From the NCBI GenBank assembly GCA_903870275.1, contig CAIQCK010000103.1:3819-67818 (forward strand): a stretch of 64,000 nt of DNA, read 5' to 3'. The translations under genes were made by a program, and so were the position numbers. Each line of letters starts with the position of its first letter. The first letter of the stretch is position 1. Of this stretch, positions 26,846 to 36,760 are shown piece after piece. The notes beneath the pieces were generated by a model. That model worked only from the letters and a program-made list of their open reading frames with translations, made no database searches and had not been told where the DNA came from. This stretch comes from an uncultured bacterium (GTDB lineage: Bacteria > Verrucomicrobiota > Verrucomicrobiia > CAIQCK01).

Positions 26846-26886
26846 GCTGTAGCGGCGGTCTCCAACCACCGAGCTGTTCATTATCA
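26846..26886. repeat. truncated REP-like element (type A, left arm plus loop only)
   Basis: gctgtagcggcggtctccaaccaccgagctgttcattatcaa matches the left arm and loop of the complete hairpin at 27059-27130. It stops exactly at the junction with the fabF fragment. Confidence 0.75.
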
Positions 26887-26999
26887 ACCTCAACTACACG
26901 CCCAACACCGCGCGCGAGTCGAAAGTGGACGCCATCCTCAACAACGCCCCCGGCTTTGGCGGCCACAACTGTTCCCTCGTCGCCAAGCGGTTCGTGTAG
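26887..26999 (+). pseudogene. duplicated 3'-terminal fragment of fabF (last ~37 codons plus stop)
   Basis: A 113-bp ungapped match to 25717-25829, offset exactly 1170 bp, with 6 mismatches. It encodes [36 protein letters not shown]. There is no in-frame start, because a TAG lies at 26850-26852 upstream. Confidence 0.85.
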
Positions 27000-27009
27000 G
27001 CAGACGCCT

Positions 27010-27032
27010 GTAGCCGCCGACGTAAGGAGGCG
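27010..27032. repeat. REP-like 23-mer (type B), third copy
   Basis: gtagccgccgacgtaaggaggcg is identical to the reverse complement of 4468-4490. Confidence 0.8.
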
Positions 27033-27058
27033 GTCATGTTCGCATCCTCGATCTTTCC

Positions 27059-27130
27059 GCTGTAGCGGCGGTCTCCGACCGCCGAAATGTTCATCATCAA
27101 CAACCGGCGGTCAGAGACCGCCGCTACAGC
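27059..27130. repeat. REP-like hairpin (type A, complete)
   Basis: Arms gctgtagcggcggtctccgaccgccg (27059-27084) and cggcggtcagagaccgccgctacagc (27105-27130) form a 26-nt inverted repeat with one mismatch and a 20-nt loop. A partial copy (ctgtagcggcggtc) lies at 9465-9478. Confidence 0.85.
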
Positions 27131-27199
27131 CACCGCTTGTCCGCGTGACTTCCCCCGCCCCTTCTGGTAGAAACGCCGCCAAGGAGAGCGGCAGAGACG

Positions 27200-29605
27200 A
27201 TGAAGAAGTGGCTGAAGATTCTGTCTGTGGTATTGCTCGGGGCTCTAATGGCAACGGGCGCGTTCTTCGTCGCCAAACCGGCAAGGATGCCGGTGTTCCA
27301 ATCAACTTCTGTTTTCCGGCATTATCACACTTTGTGCGTGCCTTACCGCCGACCACCGGCGCTTGATGCGGCCGAAGCAACCCCCATATTGGAACACGCC
27401 ATCCAGCGAATCCGCCAGCGCCTCTTTAAAGCCCGCAATCGTTTGCCGGCACTGTCGGAAATAGACAAAGCAACAATCAAGGGATGTGACTTCACATATC
27501 GGAAAGGAGACGTCTCCCGCGATGAGACAGGCAAGCGGGTTTTTGATCCGCCGGATTCCTGCTACTTGTCCCTGCATGCCGAATATCCGTTCTGGGAATC
27601 AATGATGCTGTCAGTTGTTCCAAAGGAGTATTCAGTGTATGGGGATTGTTTTGCTGTCTACGCATCGGTAACTACGGAAACCGGTCAGTCCGAGATTTAC
27701 AAAATAATTCAGCAGGAAATGGACCGTGCAGTTGAAGAACTCCAAACGGCGGTCCGGTCCAAAATGCTCAAGGCAGGGGAAGGAATCTTTCTGGCCGTCA
27801 GAACCAGCGACGCCGCAAAGGTGGAGCAGTTCCTGGCCCGCAAACCCGAGTTGGCCAATGCCAAAGACACCCATGGGCTTGCGCCGCTTCATTGGGCACA
27901 AGACACGCGCGTTGCGGAGTTGTTGCTGGCGAAGAAAGCCGATGTTACCGCCAAAGACAACTTCGGTCTCACGCCCCTGCACTGGGCGGTCTATAATGGC
28001 CGCTTCGAACTCGTAAAACTGCTCGTCGCCAACAGGGCCGACATCAACGCCAAAACCACCGATGGCTGGACTCCCACGGACCTCGCCGAGGAACTGTACG
28101 GTGAAGCCGGGAAAGCAACGTCTTTTCTTCTCCAGCACGGCGGAATTCCTGGCCTGCCCGACGCAAGATTGATGGTAGTTCTTAGATGGCTCGACAAAAC
28201 GCACTTGAAGCGAGCGCTGCAAATGAAACCTAATTTCGTTGCCCTGAAGGACGAACAGGGGCGCACCGCACTGCATCACGCAGTTTTATCTCGCAACAGA
28301 GAAGCGGTGGAACTGCTTTTGAACGCCGGCGCGGATCCCAACATCAAGGACAATTATGGAAACACGGCAATATTGACGCCAAATGTCATGGTTGATCCAA
28401 AACTGCTGGAACTGCTGCTGACTCACAAGGCCGACCTCAACGTCATGGACGAGAAAGGCCGGACGCCTCTCGACCGTGCACTACTGGATCATGCATCAGA
28501 AATCGTCGCTCTTCTTCGCAAATACGGCGCCCAGAGAGGAGTAGAACCCCTTCGCAATACCATAATGCAACAAGACATGGGCGAACTGAAAGTATTGCTG
28601 TCATCCCAAACGGTTGACGTCAATAAGAAGGACCGTTATGGCAGTTATCCCGTTCATCTTGCGGTGTTTTACAAAAACATCGAAATGCTGAAGCTGTTGC
28701 TGGATCACAACGCTGATCCCAATGTCAGGGACAAAGAAGGTTATACATTGTTCCAAGTGTTCCTCGGATCCAAAGAAATGATGGCTTTGCTGATCGCCCA
28801 CGGAGCCGATGTTAACGCCAGAGACGGGTGGGGTGCCACGGCGCTTCATCATGCAGTCGGACTTATCAACAACAAGGAAGCCGTAGAGTTCCTCATTGCC
28901 AACAAGGCCGACGTCAACGCTGAAGACAAGAATGGCTGCACACCTTTGGATCGCGCATTTCGGCACAGCTCTAACCCGCATCACAGAATTGTGATTGATC
29001 TTCTTCGAGAGCACGGTGGCATATTCAAGAAATACCAGAAAGAAGCCAGCATCATGGAGTCACACCTCAAGAGACGGCAGTACATAATGGCTGGGATGCC
29101 TCTCTTTCCATACGGTTTAACAAACATAATTATTCGCCCGTTGCCGATAGTCCGCAAAAAAACATCGCTTACTCCTATTCAGGATATGGAGTTGCGGAAC
29201 ATGCCGGATGTGAAGGCCGCCAGCGAAGCACTGTCGGAAACTGGCAAAAAGTCTGCCAACGTGAGAAGAGCGACAATGTCCAAACTGGGATATCACATTG
29301 AGTCTCGCACTAATGGCACGTCGAATGTCGGGACAAGCGTATTCCGTGGGTGGTTTACTGCCGATGGGGAGCGGGTGACGACCAAGCAATTGACGGAATT
29401 CGACGATTTGCCGGACGTGAAGGCCAGTCGTGAAGCCACTGCACAAGCTGGCATGCTATACTGGGCAGTGAGGAGAGCAGCAACGACCACGCTTGTTAAT
29501 CAGACAGGTTATGGCACCAATCGCGCATCATCGGCGATTCAAGCACCGCCGGCGGGATCGGGCACGAATGGAGCGGTGCAGGTGAAGGGGAATGTGATGC
29601 GATGA
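27200..29605 (+). CDS. membrane-anchored/secreted ankyrin-repeat protein
   Basis: N-terminal hydrophobic anchor (ILSVVLLGALMATGAFFVA). At least 10 ANK units (GLTPLHWAVYNGRFELVKLLVANRADINAK, GRTALHHAVLSRNREAVELLLNAGADPN, and others). AAGGAG lies upstream of the ATG. Clearly AT-richer than its neighbours. Confidence 0.9.
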   Translation: MKKWLKILSVVLLGALMATGAFFVAKPARMPVFQSTSVFRHYHTLCVPYRRPPALDAAEATPILEHAIQRIRQRLFKARNRLPALSEIDKATIKGCDFTYRKGDVSRDETGKRVFDPPDSCYLSLHAEYPFWESMMLSVVPKEYSVYGDCFAVYASVTTETGQSEIYKIIQQEMDRAVEELQTAVRSKMLKAGEGIFLAVRTSDAAKVEQFLARKPELANAKDTHGLAPLHWAQDTRVAELLLAKKADVTAKDNFGLTPLHWAVYNGRFELVKLLVANRADINAKTTDGWTPTDLAEELYGEAGKATSFLLQHGGIPGLPDARLMVVLRWLDKTHLKRALQMKPNFVALKDEQGRTALHHAVLSRNREAVELLLNAGADPNIKDNYGNTAILTPNVMVDPKLLELLLTHKADLNVMDEKGRTPLDRALLDHASEIVALLRKYGAQRGVEPLRNTIMQQDMGELKVLLSSQTVDVNKKDRYGSYPVHLAVFYKNIEMLKLLLDHNADPNVRDKEGYTLFQVFLGSKEMMALLIAHGADVNARDGWGATALHHAVGLINNKEAVEFLIANKADVNAEDKNGCTPLDRAFRHSSNPHHRIVIDLLREHGGIFKKYQKEASIMESHLKRRQYIMAGMPLFPYGLTNIIIRPLPIVRKKTSLTPIQDMELRNMPDVKAASEALSETGKKSANVRRATMSKLGYHIESRTNGTSNVGTSVFRGWFTADGERVTTKQLTEFDDLPDVKASREATAQAGMLYWAVRRAATTTLVNQTGYGTNRASSAIQAPPAGSGTNGAVQVKGNVMR

Positions 29606-29639
29606 GTGAAGAGTTTGGAAATTCCGGCAACTCTTCACT
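29605..29639. terminator. stem-loop between convergent genes (bidirectional terminator candidate)
   Basis: AGTGAAGAGTT (29605-29615) pairs with AACTCTTCACT (29629-29639) around a 13-nt loop. A T-rich stretch (cttcattcttaactttt) follows. It sits between the stops at 29605 and 29655. Confidence 0.55.
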
Positions 29640-29654
29640 CTTCATTCTTAACTT

Positions 29655-30734
29655 TTAACTCTTCACTTTCCTTCCCGCCAGCTCCTCGTAGAGATCCTCC
29701 AGCCGCCGGGCCATCCGGTCGAGGCTGAAGCTCTCCACCACGTGCGCGCGGGCGGCGTCGGCGAGACGTTGCGCCAGAGCCCGGTCGCGCAACAGCCGCG
29801 CCACGGCCTCCGCCAGCGCCCCCACGTCGCCCGATTGCACCACAAGGCCGTCGCGCTCGTGCGTGACGATCTCGCGCAGACCGTCCACGTTCGTCACGAC
29901 CACCGGCCGCGCCATCGCCATCGCCTCCAGCACGGCCAGCCCCAATCCCTCCCACAAGGCCGGCAGCACCACCACCGCCGCCCGTGCCAGCACCGGCTGC
30001 ACGTCCGGCACCGTGCCGAGGAAGTTGACGCGGCTGCCGATCCCAAGCTGCCCGGCGCGTGTTTGCAGTTCATCTCGCAGCATGCCGCCGCCGGCCAGTT
30101 CGAGCCGCAGGTCGGGAAACTCGCTCAACAACCGCCGCATGGCCTCCAGCAGGATGCGGTGGCCCTTCTGCTGGGTGAAGTTGGCCACGCAGACGACCGG
30201 CCCGGCCGCCGGCAGCGGTTGCGGCGCGAATTTTCCGCAATCCACGCCGTTGTGAATCACCTCCAGCCGGCGCGCGTGCCGATACTCCGCCGCCACCGCG
30301 CTCGACACCGCCACGACCGCGTCCACGCGCCGCTCCACCCAGCGCCCCACCGGCCGCAGCCGGCGGTCATGCCGGTCGTAATAGCGGACATTGTGCTTGG
30401 TGGAGACAATCGCCCGCGTCCACGCCAGCCGCCCCGCCGCATAACCCAGAATGTCCGCCTGGATCAGATGCGTGTGCAGGACCTCGATCCGCTCCCGCTT
30501 CAGCAACTGCGCCAGCCGCCACGCCGGCCAGGGGTCGAACTTCTGTGTCGAGCGCAGATGGTGAACGCGGATGCCGGCCCGCTCCAGTTCCGCCGCCAGC
30601 GGCGCGTCGCCGTGAAGATAAGCCACCTGCGGCTCGACCTTGGTGCGGTCAAGGCGTGGCAGCACCGTCGTCAACAGGCGCTCGGCGCCACCGACGTTCA
30701 GCTCGGTAATAAAATTCAAGACGCGGCAAGGCAT
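29655..30734 (-). CDS. glycosyltransferase family 4 (GT-B, WaaG-like)
   Basis: N-terminus VLNFITELNVGGAERL and C-terminal EGLGLAVLEAMAMARPVVVTNVDGLREIV (E-x7-E region). Start at MPCRVLNF (30734). Confidence 0.9.
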   Translation of the reverse strand: MPCRVLNFITELNVGGAERLLTTVLPRLDRTKVEPQVAYLHGDAPLAAELERAGIRVHHLRSTQKFDPWPAWRLAQLLKRERIEVLHTHLIQADILGYAAGRLAWTRAIVSTKHNVRYYDRHDRRLRPVGRWVERRVDAVVAVSSAVAAEYRHARRLEVIHNGVDCGKFAPQPLPAAGPVVCVANFTQQKGHRILLEAMRRLLSEFPDLRLELAGGGMLRDELQTRAGQLGIGSRVNFLGTVPDVQPVLARAAVVVLPALWEGLGLAVLEAMAMARPVVVTNVDGLREIVTHERDGLVVQSGDVGALAEAVARLLRDRALAQRLADAARAHVVESFSLDRMARRLEDLYEELAGRKVKS

Positions 30735-31864
30735 TGGTTGATTTCCTGAATCACGCGGTCCACGTCGAGTTGCCGCATGCAGCGGTGTTGAAAGTCGCAA
30801 CGCATCGGCGGGACGGCGGCGCAGTGTTGCTCATTTTCGGCGGCGGAACAAGCCAACATTGTCCACACCACGCGCTCGTTGGGCCAGCGCGGCAGGAAGC
30901 GCGGGTTTGTCGGCCCGTAGATTGCCACCGTCGGCACGCCGAGGCTCGCAACAATGTGCGTCAGTCCCGTGTCGAGTCCGACATAAACGCGGCAGCCGCG
31001 CGCCAGCGCCGCCACCTGGCGCACCGTCAGGTTGACGATCTCCGCCGGGTCGGACGGTCCGCCGACGAGCGCCACGCGCAAACTGCGCGCCCGGAAATGT
31101 CCGGCGACGGCGCGAAAATTCTCCACCGGCCAGAGCTTCAGCGGAAACCCCGCGCCAACGTGCAGGAGGATGTCGTACGCCGGGGGCGCAGCCGTCCCGC
31201 CCGCCGAAAGGGTGAAGTATACCCCTCTCGTAGACGATACCGGATTTGCCCCCCACCCTTGTCCCAAGGGTGGAACGCCGACACTCCCGGCAATTTCATT
31301 CTCGAGATAAATCGCCGGCATCTGGCCGCCCGCGTCCGCGCCGGCCAGTGCCGCCACCGCGTTGTATTTTTCCACCAACGGAATTTGGGAAACCGGCCGC
31401 AGTTCGCGGTCGAACACAAAACCCAATCCCGACCGCGAAAATCCGACGCTCCAACGCGGCCGGGCCAGCGCCGCCAGCGCGCAACTCGCCGGCACGCCGG
31501 TGAAATCCACGAGCAAGTCGCAACCGCGCAGCCGTCGCGCCAGCGCGAACAGTCCGCGCCAATCCGTGCGCGGCTCGCGGGTCCGGTCGTTGCAAAGCCC
31601 GTCGAAGCAAATGATCTCGCGCAGATGCGGATTACCAAGCAGCGCTTCGCGGGCGCGCGATTTGACGACGGCGTCCATGACGGCGTTTGGAAAGCGGCGT
31701 TTGAGCACGGCGATGGCCGGCGTGGCCAAGAACACATCGCCGAGATAATGGAAATGCAGGATGCCAATGCGGCGGACGTTTTCCGGTGTCGGCGCGCGAC
31801 GACCGCGCCGCCGCCACAGCGCGGCGCCGGCGGCGTGAAAGAGACCGGCCAGCAAACGTTTCAT
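30716..31864 (-). CDS. glycosyltransferase family 9 (LPS heptosyltransferase-like)
   Basis: RIGILHFHYLGDVFLATPAIAVLKRRFPNA and GLTHIVASLGVPTVAIYGPTNP. Start at MKRLLAGLF (31864). The longer ORF to 32248 reads through the tRNA gene. Confidence 0.9.
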   Translation of the reverse strand: MKRLLAGLFHAAGAALWRRRGRRAPTPENVRRIGILHFHYLGDVFLATPAIAVLKRRFPNAVMDAVVKSRAREALLGNPHLREIICFDGLCNDRTREPRTDWRGLFALARRLRGCDLLVDFTGVPASCALAALARPRWSVGFSRSGLGFVFDRELRPVSQIPLVEKYNAVAALAGADAGGQMPAIYLENEIAGSVGVPPLGQGWGANPVSSTRGVYFTLSAGGTAAPPAYDILLHVGAGFPLKLWPVENFRAVAGHFRARSLRVALVGGPSDPAEIVNLTVRQVAALARGCRVYVGLDTGLTHIVASLGVPTVAIYGPTNPRFLPRWPNERVVWTMLACSAAENEQHCAAVPPMRCDFQHRCMRQLDVDRVIQEINQCLAAS

Positions 31865-31897
31865 GACGGCTGCAGACTTCACCGCTCGGATGGAAAA

Positions 31898-31972
31898 TGG
31901 TGGGCGCTGTTGGGATTGAACCAACGACCCCTTGCGTGTGAAGCAAGTGCTCTCCCACTGAGCTAAGCGCCC
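31898..31972 (-). tRNA. tRNA-Val (anticodon CAC), CCA encoded
   Basis: Folded by hand. Acceptor GGGCGCT/AGCGCCC, D stem GCTC/GAGC, anticodon stem CTTGC/GCAAG with loop TTCACAC, T stem GTTGG/CCAAC with loop TTCAATC, discriminator A, then CCA. 75 nt. Confidence 0.92.
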
Positions 31973-31987
31973 AACCGAGGGCCGAAA

Positions 31988-32016
31988 TTTATAATGCAGC
32001 GCGGCGGCGGTTTCAA
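31988..32016 (-). promoter_or_regulatory. sigma70-like promoter candidate for tRNA-Val (TTGAAA-17 nt-TATAAA)
   Basis: The minus strand reads TTGAAAccgccgccgcgctgcatTATAAAtttcggccctcggtt and then the tRNA 5' G. The -10 hexamer ends about 15 nt upstream of the mature 5' end. Confidence 0.5.
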
Positions 32017-32105
32017 CCGGTAATTTCAACAACGTTTGGAATGGGGGCACATCGCGCTTCACCGACCGCCCTGAAAAGGCGGCGGGCAGCTCATCGGTTT
32101 TCGAT

Positions 32106-33254
32106 TCAGACCGCCGGCAGCGTGAACCAGAACGTGCTGCCCTTGCCGACTTCGCTTTCCACACCGATCTGGCCGCCGTGCGCTTCGATGGCGAGTTTGC
32201 TGAACACCAGCCCCATGCCGACGGTGTATTGACGCAAGTTCTGTTCAACCACGCCGTATTTTTCGAAGATTTTCCCGCGAGATTCGGGGCGAATCCCCGA
32301 TCCCGTGTCGGTCACCGCCACGCGCGCCATGGCATGGTGCCGGCTCACGGTGACACGGATCCGGCCGTTGTCGGGAGACGCCTTGATGGCATTGCCAACC
32401 AGAGCGGCCAGCACCCGTTGAATGATCTCCTTGTCGGCGTTGGCCACGACCGGCTCCAGTTGCAATTCGACGCTCAGAAAACGCTCTTCCACCAGGGAGC
32501 CGATGGATTCCATGACCGCCTGCATCAAGACCGCGAGGTCGTAAGCCTGCCGGTTCAAAGGCAGTTCACCCGCCTCCAGGCGGCTGGCATCCACCAGCGA
32601 GGCAATCATGCCGACCAGCCTCTCCGTGTTCTGACGAATGCTGTCGAAATACCGCACCTCGGTGCTGGTGAGTTTTCCGGCGGTCTTCGCCTTGAGCAGG
32701 TCCAGATAACCCATCATCGCCGCGATCGGCGAGCGCAAATCGTGCGCGATCATATGAACCAGATTGTCGCGGAAGATTTCGAGGTCGCGGAGGTGAGTGT
32801 AGCTCATCTGCAGCTGCTGGTTTTGCTGCTCCAGATTTTCTTGATAGCAGCGGTTGGCTTCCGTCAGGCGCGCGCGCTCGTCTTCGGACGCCTTCAGCCT
32901 GACGGCGTTGCCCACGCAACGCAGGATCGTCTCCTTGGAAATCGGCTTGACGAGGTAGTCGAACGCGCCGGCCCGCACGGCGGCGGCGGCCGTTTCCACG
33001 GCGGGCTGGCCCGTGATCATGATGACCTGAATGCGCGGCGATTCTTTGTGAATGGCTTGCAGGAGTTCCACGCCCGTGATGCGGGGCATCACGATGTCGG
33101 ACACCACCACGTCATAGTTTTTGGACGGGAGCCGTTGCAGCACCGCGACGGTTGCATCCTCCGCTGTTTCCACTTCGTATCCCGCATCCCGCAGAAACTC
33201 TTGCAGCGTCAGGCGGATGCTTTTTTCGTCGTCCACAATCAATATGCGAGCCAT
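32106..33254 (-). CDS. hybrid response regulator-histidine kinase (REC-HisKA-HATPase)
   Basis: REC domain: ILIVDDEKSIR...VVSDIVMPRITG...DYLVKP. H-box HMIAHDLRSPIAAMMGYLDLL. ATPase domain VTDTGSGI...GMGLVFSKLAIEAHGG. Confidence 0.92.
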   Translation of the reverse strand: MARILIVDDEKSIRLTLQEFLRDAGYEVETAEDATVAVLQRLPSKNYDVVVSDIVMPRITGVELLQAIHKESPRIQVIMITGQPAVETAAAAVRAGAFDYLVKPISKETILRCVGNAVRLKASEDERARLTEANRCYQENLEQQNQQLQMSYTHLRDLEIFRDNLVHMIAHDLRSPIAAMMGYLDLLKAKTAGKLTSTEVRYFDSIRQNTERLVGMIASLVDASRLEAGELPLNRQAYDLAVLMQAVMESIGSLVEERFLSVELQLEPVVANADKEIIQRVLAALVGNAIKASPDNGRIRVTVSRHHAMARVAVTDTGSGIRPESRGKIFEKYGVVEQNLRQYTVGMGLVFSKLAIEAHGGQIGVESEVGKGSTFWFTLPAV

Positions 33255-33266
33255 GCTTTCCTTTCG

Positions 33267-36200
33267 TTAGTCCTTGACGGGCAAATCCAGATGAAACCGC
33301 GTGTATAGCCCTGTTTGTGTCTCAAAGTGCAGTCCCCCTTGATGGTCTTTCGCGATGCCGTGGCTGATGGACAGTCCCAGACCCGTTCCTCCTTTTCCGA
33401 CCTTGGTGGTGAAGAAGGGGTCGAAAACACGGTCGCGGATTTCCCGAGGCACGCCGACCCCCTGGTCTTCAACGGTCAATCGAATCCAACGGCTTCCTTC
33501 CTTCTCCAGCGACCGGGCGGTGACGCGAATCGTCTTGTTTGCATCATGTTTCGGATACTTCTCGTTCAGCGCGTCGCGGGCGTTCGTCAGCAAGTTCAGA
33601 AACACCTGCTGGATTTGCTGGCTGTGGCACTTCACCTTGGGCAGGTCGGGAGGAACGTCCACGGTCAAGGCGATCTGGTCGTGCCGCATCACGGTCTGAA
33701 TGAGCCGGAGGACGGAGTTGACGATGTCGCTCATGTGCGTCCACTCGTGCTGCCGTTTGTCCTGCCGCGAAAAGGAGAGCAGGTTTTGGACGATCTGGGA
33801 CACGCGATCGGTTTCCTTGATGATCTCCGCCGCGTATTCCCGCAGGGGATTGTCCGCCGCCAGCCGGTCCACCATCAACTGCGCGTAGTTCATGATGCCG
33901 TTGATGGGATTGTTGATCTCGTGGGCGACGCCGCCCGCCAGCGTGCCGAGGGACTCCAGCTTTTGCGATTGGCGCAGTTGGGTTTCAAGCTCGGCTTCGC
34001 GCGTCACATCGAGCTTGAGGGCGATGTAGTTGACAATCCGGCCTGCTGCGTCCCGCACGGGGGAGATGGTGGCGTCCTCCTGGTAAAGCGTGCCATCCTT
34101 CTTTTTGTTGATCATGCGGCCATGCCAGACCTCGCCACGCGTGAGTGTCTCCCACATGTGCTGGTAGAACGCGGTGTCGTGTTTGCCGCTTTTGAGAACG
34201 CGCGGGTTCTGGCCAAGAGCCTCGTCGCGCGTGTAGCCGGTGATTTTCTCGAACGCCGGGTTGACATAGAGGATTGTGCCATGGGCATCGGTGATGACAA
34301 TGGTCTCGGCGGCTTGTTCCATGGCCGTGACCAGCCGCAGACGCTCCTCCTCCGCCCGCTTGCGCTCGGTGACGTCTTCCACAAATCCTTCGTAGAAAAG
34401 CACCCTGCCTTGCGAGCCCCGCGTGACGCGCGCGCTGGTGGAAACCCACATCGTGCTGCCGTCCTTGCGGTAGGCGCGGTTTTCAAATCCCCGCACTTCG
34501 CCCCGCTCTTCCAGTTGCCGTTGAAACTCCCGCCGGTATTCAGGGTGCAGGTAAAACTGGCGACCGATGTCCTGAACGGACGCCAGACACTCGGCGGGCG
34601 ACGCGTAGCCGTGCATGGCCGCGAACGCCGGGTTGACCGTGATCAACTTGCCGTCGGGCGTGCTCTGAAAAATGCCTTCCGCCGCGTTCTCAAAAATGCC
34701 GCGGTATTTCTCCTCCGCCTGGCGCAGTGCATCCTCCGTCCGCCGGCGTTCGGAAATGTCCCGGCTGACCCCCACGATGCCGACAAAGGCGTTCGTCTCG
34801 TCGAACATCCCGCTGTAGCCGACCTCGCACCATGCCGTCCAGCCATCCTTGCAGAGGTATTTGAGTTCGAGCGTTTCGCGCACGCGTTTGCCGGTCCGCA
34901 TCTGGGGGATCGTTTCGTCCAACTTCCCGCGAAGCGCCGTGGCGGAAGCCGCCACCAGCACTTGTTCCAAACCGCGCGACAGGACTTCCTCCGCCGTGTA
35001 GCCCAGCAACCGTTGAACCGAGGGACTCACGTAATTCAGCCGGCCCAACGTGTCCAGCGTCCAGATCACGTCGCTGGCGTTGTCGGCCAGCAACCGGAGG
35101 CGCTGTTCGTTCTCGCGCAACGTCTGTTCCATGAGCTTGCGCTCGCTGATGTCGCTCACCGTGCCCATCAGCCGGACCCGTTCGCCCTTTTCGTTGCGCC
35201 CGACGCGCCCCCGGACCGCAATCCAGCGCGGCGGCCGGCCCGGCCGGGCAATCCGGCACTCAAAACTGAGATGATCGGTGAACAGCGCCTGCGCAAAGCA
35301 ACGCTTGACCGGCTCAAGGTCTTCGGGCACGACATGCTTCAGGAGGATTTCGTAATTCCATTGGGATGGCGGGATGTCGTAGCCGAAAATTTGGTCGTGC
35401 CGCAACGTCCGCCAACTGGTGTCGCCGACCAAGTCCAACTCCCATGCACCCATCTGGCCTGCGTCCAGCGCGAGACGGAGCCGTTCCTCGCCTTGCTTCA
35501 ACTTCTCTTCAGCTTGTTTGCGCTCCGTCACGTCGTCGTAAACGGCCACCAACTCGCCCGACGGCAGCTTATAGACGTAATTTTCCCGCCACGAAACACT
35601 GCGACCCTGCTGGCGCAACGCACCGGAGTGCCGCTCGGGCACACCGGTTTTCCAAACGCGCCGGAACACGTCCAGCAACCCCATTTGCTGGACATTCGGA
35701 AACGTCTTGGCGATGCCTTTCCCAAGCAGTGCCTCCTTTTTCACGTTTTCGATCTGCTCGGCTGCCGTGTTAAAATCCTTGAAAATAAAATCCTCGCCGC
35801 TTCCCCGGACTTCGTAAACCGCGACGCCGCTTTTGATTCCGTTGAACAACTCCCGGTATCGTTTTTCGTTCTCGGCCAGTTGTTGCTCCGTTTGCGCGAG
35901 CTGCTTGCGATTCTGCGCCTCCTGCAAGGTCCGCCGCACGGCCGGCCCCAAACGGTTCAGCCTGTGCTTGAGCACGTAATCGGTCGCCCCTTGGTGCAGC
36001 GCGTCAATGGCGGTTTCCTCGCCAAGGTTGGCGGAAACGAAGATGAAGGGCACTTCGGGGCGTTTCTTTCGCGCAAGCTTCAGGGCGGACAGGCCGTCGT
36101 AGGACGGCAGGGAGTAATCGGCCAGAATCAGGTCCAGAGCCGGGTTCCGCAACCCGGCGGCAAAATCCGCCTCCGTCCAGACGCGCCGCACGCTGCACCG

Positions 36201-36287
36201 GATGCCTTCGCGCTTCAGTTCGCGCATCACCAGTTCGGCGTCGGCGGGGCGGTCTTCGAGGTTGAGTATCTGGAGTTCCTCGCTCAC
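33267..36287 (-). CDS. REC-(PAS)x~5-HisKA-HATPase sensor histidine kinase
   Basis: N-terminal REC ([13 protein letters not shown]...DYVLK). About five PAS-like modules. H-box [14 protein letters not shown]. ATPase [19 protein letters not shown]. The proposed start is the GTG at 36287, which overlaps the upstream stop (GTGA). The ATG at 36356 is the alternative. Confidence 0.9.
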   Translation of the reverse strand: MSEELQILNLEDRPADAELVMRELKREGIRCSVRRVWTEADFAAGLRNPALDLILADYSLPSYDGLSALKLARKKRPEVPFIFVSANLGEETAIDALHQGATDYVLKHRLNRLGPAVRRTLQEAQNRKQLAQTEQQLAENEKRYRELFNGIKSGVAVYEVRGSGEDFIFKDFNTAAEQIENVKKEALLGKGIAKTFPNVQQMGLLDVFRRVWKTGVPERHSGALRQQGRSVSWRENYVYKLPSGELVAVYDDVTERKQAEEKLKQGEERLRLALDAGQMGAWELDLVGDTSWRTLRHDQIFGYDIPPSQWNYEILLKHVVPEDLEPVKRCFAQALFTDHLSFECRIARPGRPPRWIAVRGRVGRNEKGERVRLMGTVSDISERKLMEQTLRENEQRLRLLADNASDVIWTLDTLGRLNYVSPSVQRLLGYTAEEVLSRGLEQVLVAASATALRGKLDETIPQMRTGKRVRETLELKYLCKDGWTAWCEVGYSGMFDETNAFVGIVGVSRDISERRRTEDALRQAEEKYRGIFENAAEGIFQSTPDGKLITVNPAFAAMHGYASPAECLASVQDIGRQFYLHPEYRREFQRQLEERGEVRGFENRAYRKDGSTMWVSTSARVTRGSQGRVLFYEGFVEDVTERKRAEEERLRLVTAMEQAAETIVITDAHGTILYVNPAFEKITGYTRDEALGQNPRVLKSGKHDTAFYQHMWETLTRGEVWHGRMINKKKDGTLYQEDATISPVRDAAGRIVNYIALKLDVTREAELETQLRQSQKLESLGTLAGGVAHEINNPINGIMNYAQLMVDRLAADNPLREYAAEIIKETDRVSQIVQNLLSFSRQDKRQHEWTHMSDIVNSVLRLIQTVMRHDQIALTVDVPPDLPKVKCHSQQIQQVFLNLLTNARDALNEKYPKHDANKTIRVTARSLEKEGSRWIRLTVEDQGVGVPREIRDRVFDPFFTTKVGKGGTGLGLSISHGIAKDHQGGLHFETQTGLYTRFHLDLPVKD

Positions 36288-36760
36288 GGCTTGGCGGTGG
36301 GAAAGCGCACTCCGGATGGACGTTCCGGCGGCTGGTTCAACAACAGCCAGTAACATCCCAGTTGCGCGACAGCTTCGGAAAAGTTGTCGAAGTTCACGGG
36401 CTTGACGATGTAGCTGTTCACGCCCAACTCGTAACTGCGTACGATGTCCTGCTCCTCGCGAGAGGAAGTGAGCACCACCACCGGGATGGTCTTCACGGAG
36501 TTGTCGGACTTGAGCTTGCGCAAGACATCCAGACCGTCCACCTTGGGCAGCTTCAGGTCCAACAGGATGATCTTGGGCCGGTTGCGCACCCGGCTGTTTC
36601 CGCCGCGAGGACCAAAGATAAACTCCAGCGCCTCTTCGCCGTCCTTGACCCAGACTAGTTTGTTGGTCAGGTTGCGTTTCTTGAGCGAGCGCATGGCCAG
36701 TTCGGCGTCGCGCGGATTGTCTTCAACCAACAGGATTTGAACTTCGCTATTTGTGCTCAT
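36284..36760 (-). CDS. single-domain CheY-like response regulator
   Basis: [13 protein letters not shown]...[20 protein letters not shown]...SYIVKP. Its ATG at 36760 overlaps the upstream stop (ATGA). Confidence 0.9.
   Translation of the reverse strand: MSTNSEVQILLVEDNPRDAELAMRSLKKRNLTNKLVWVKDGEEALEFIFGPRGGNSRVRNRPKIILLDLKLPKVDGLDVLRKLKSDNSVKTIPVVVLTSSREEQDIVRSYELGVNSYIVKPVNFDNFSEAVAQLGCYWLLLNQPPERPSGVRFPTAKP

Noticed and set aside
25830-31972. A tRNA-Val-associated genomic island spanning GT2, ankyrin, GT4 and GT9.
   Set aside because: There is no integrase or excisionase, and no direct repeat of the tRNA 3' end. GT4 and GT9 have core-like composition. Only the GT2 cassette and the ankyrin gene look accessory, and they are treated separately.
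30716-32248. 510-aa ORF extending the GT9 gene upstream.
   Set aside because: The extension reads straight through the tRNA-Val gene (translated as ...GSLVQSQQRPP...). The true start is MKRLLAGLF at 31864.
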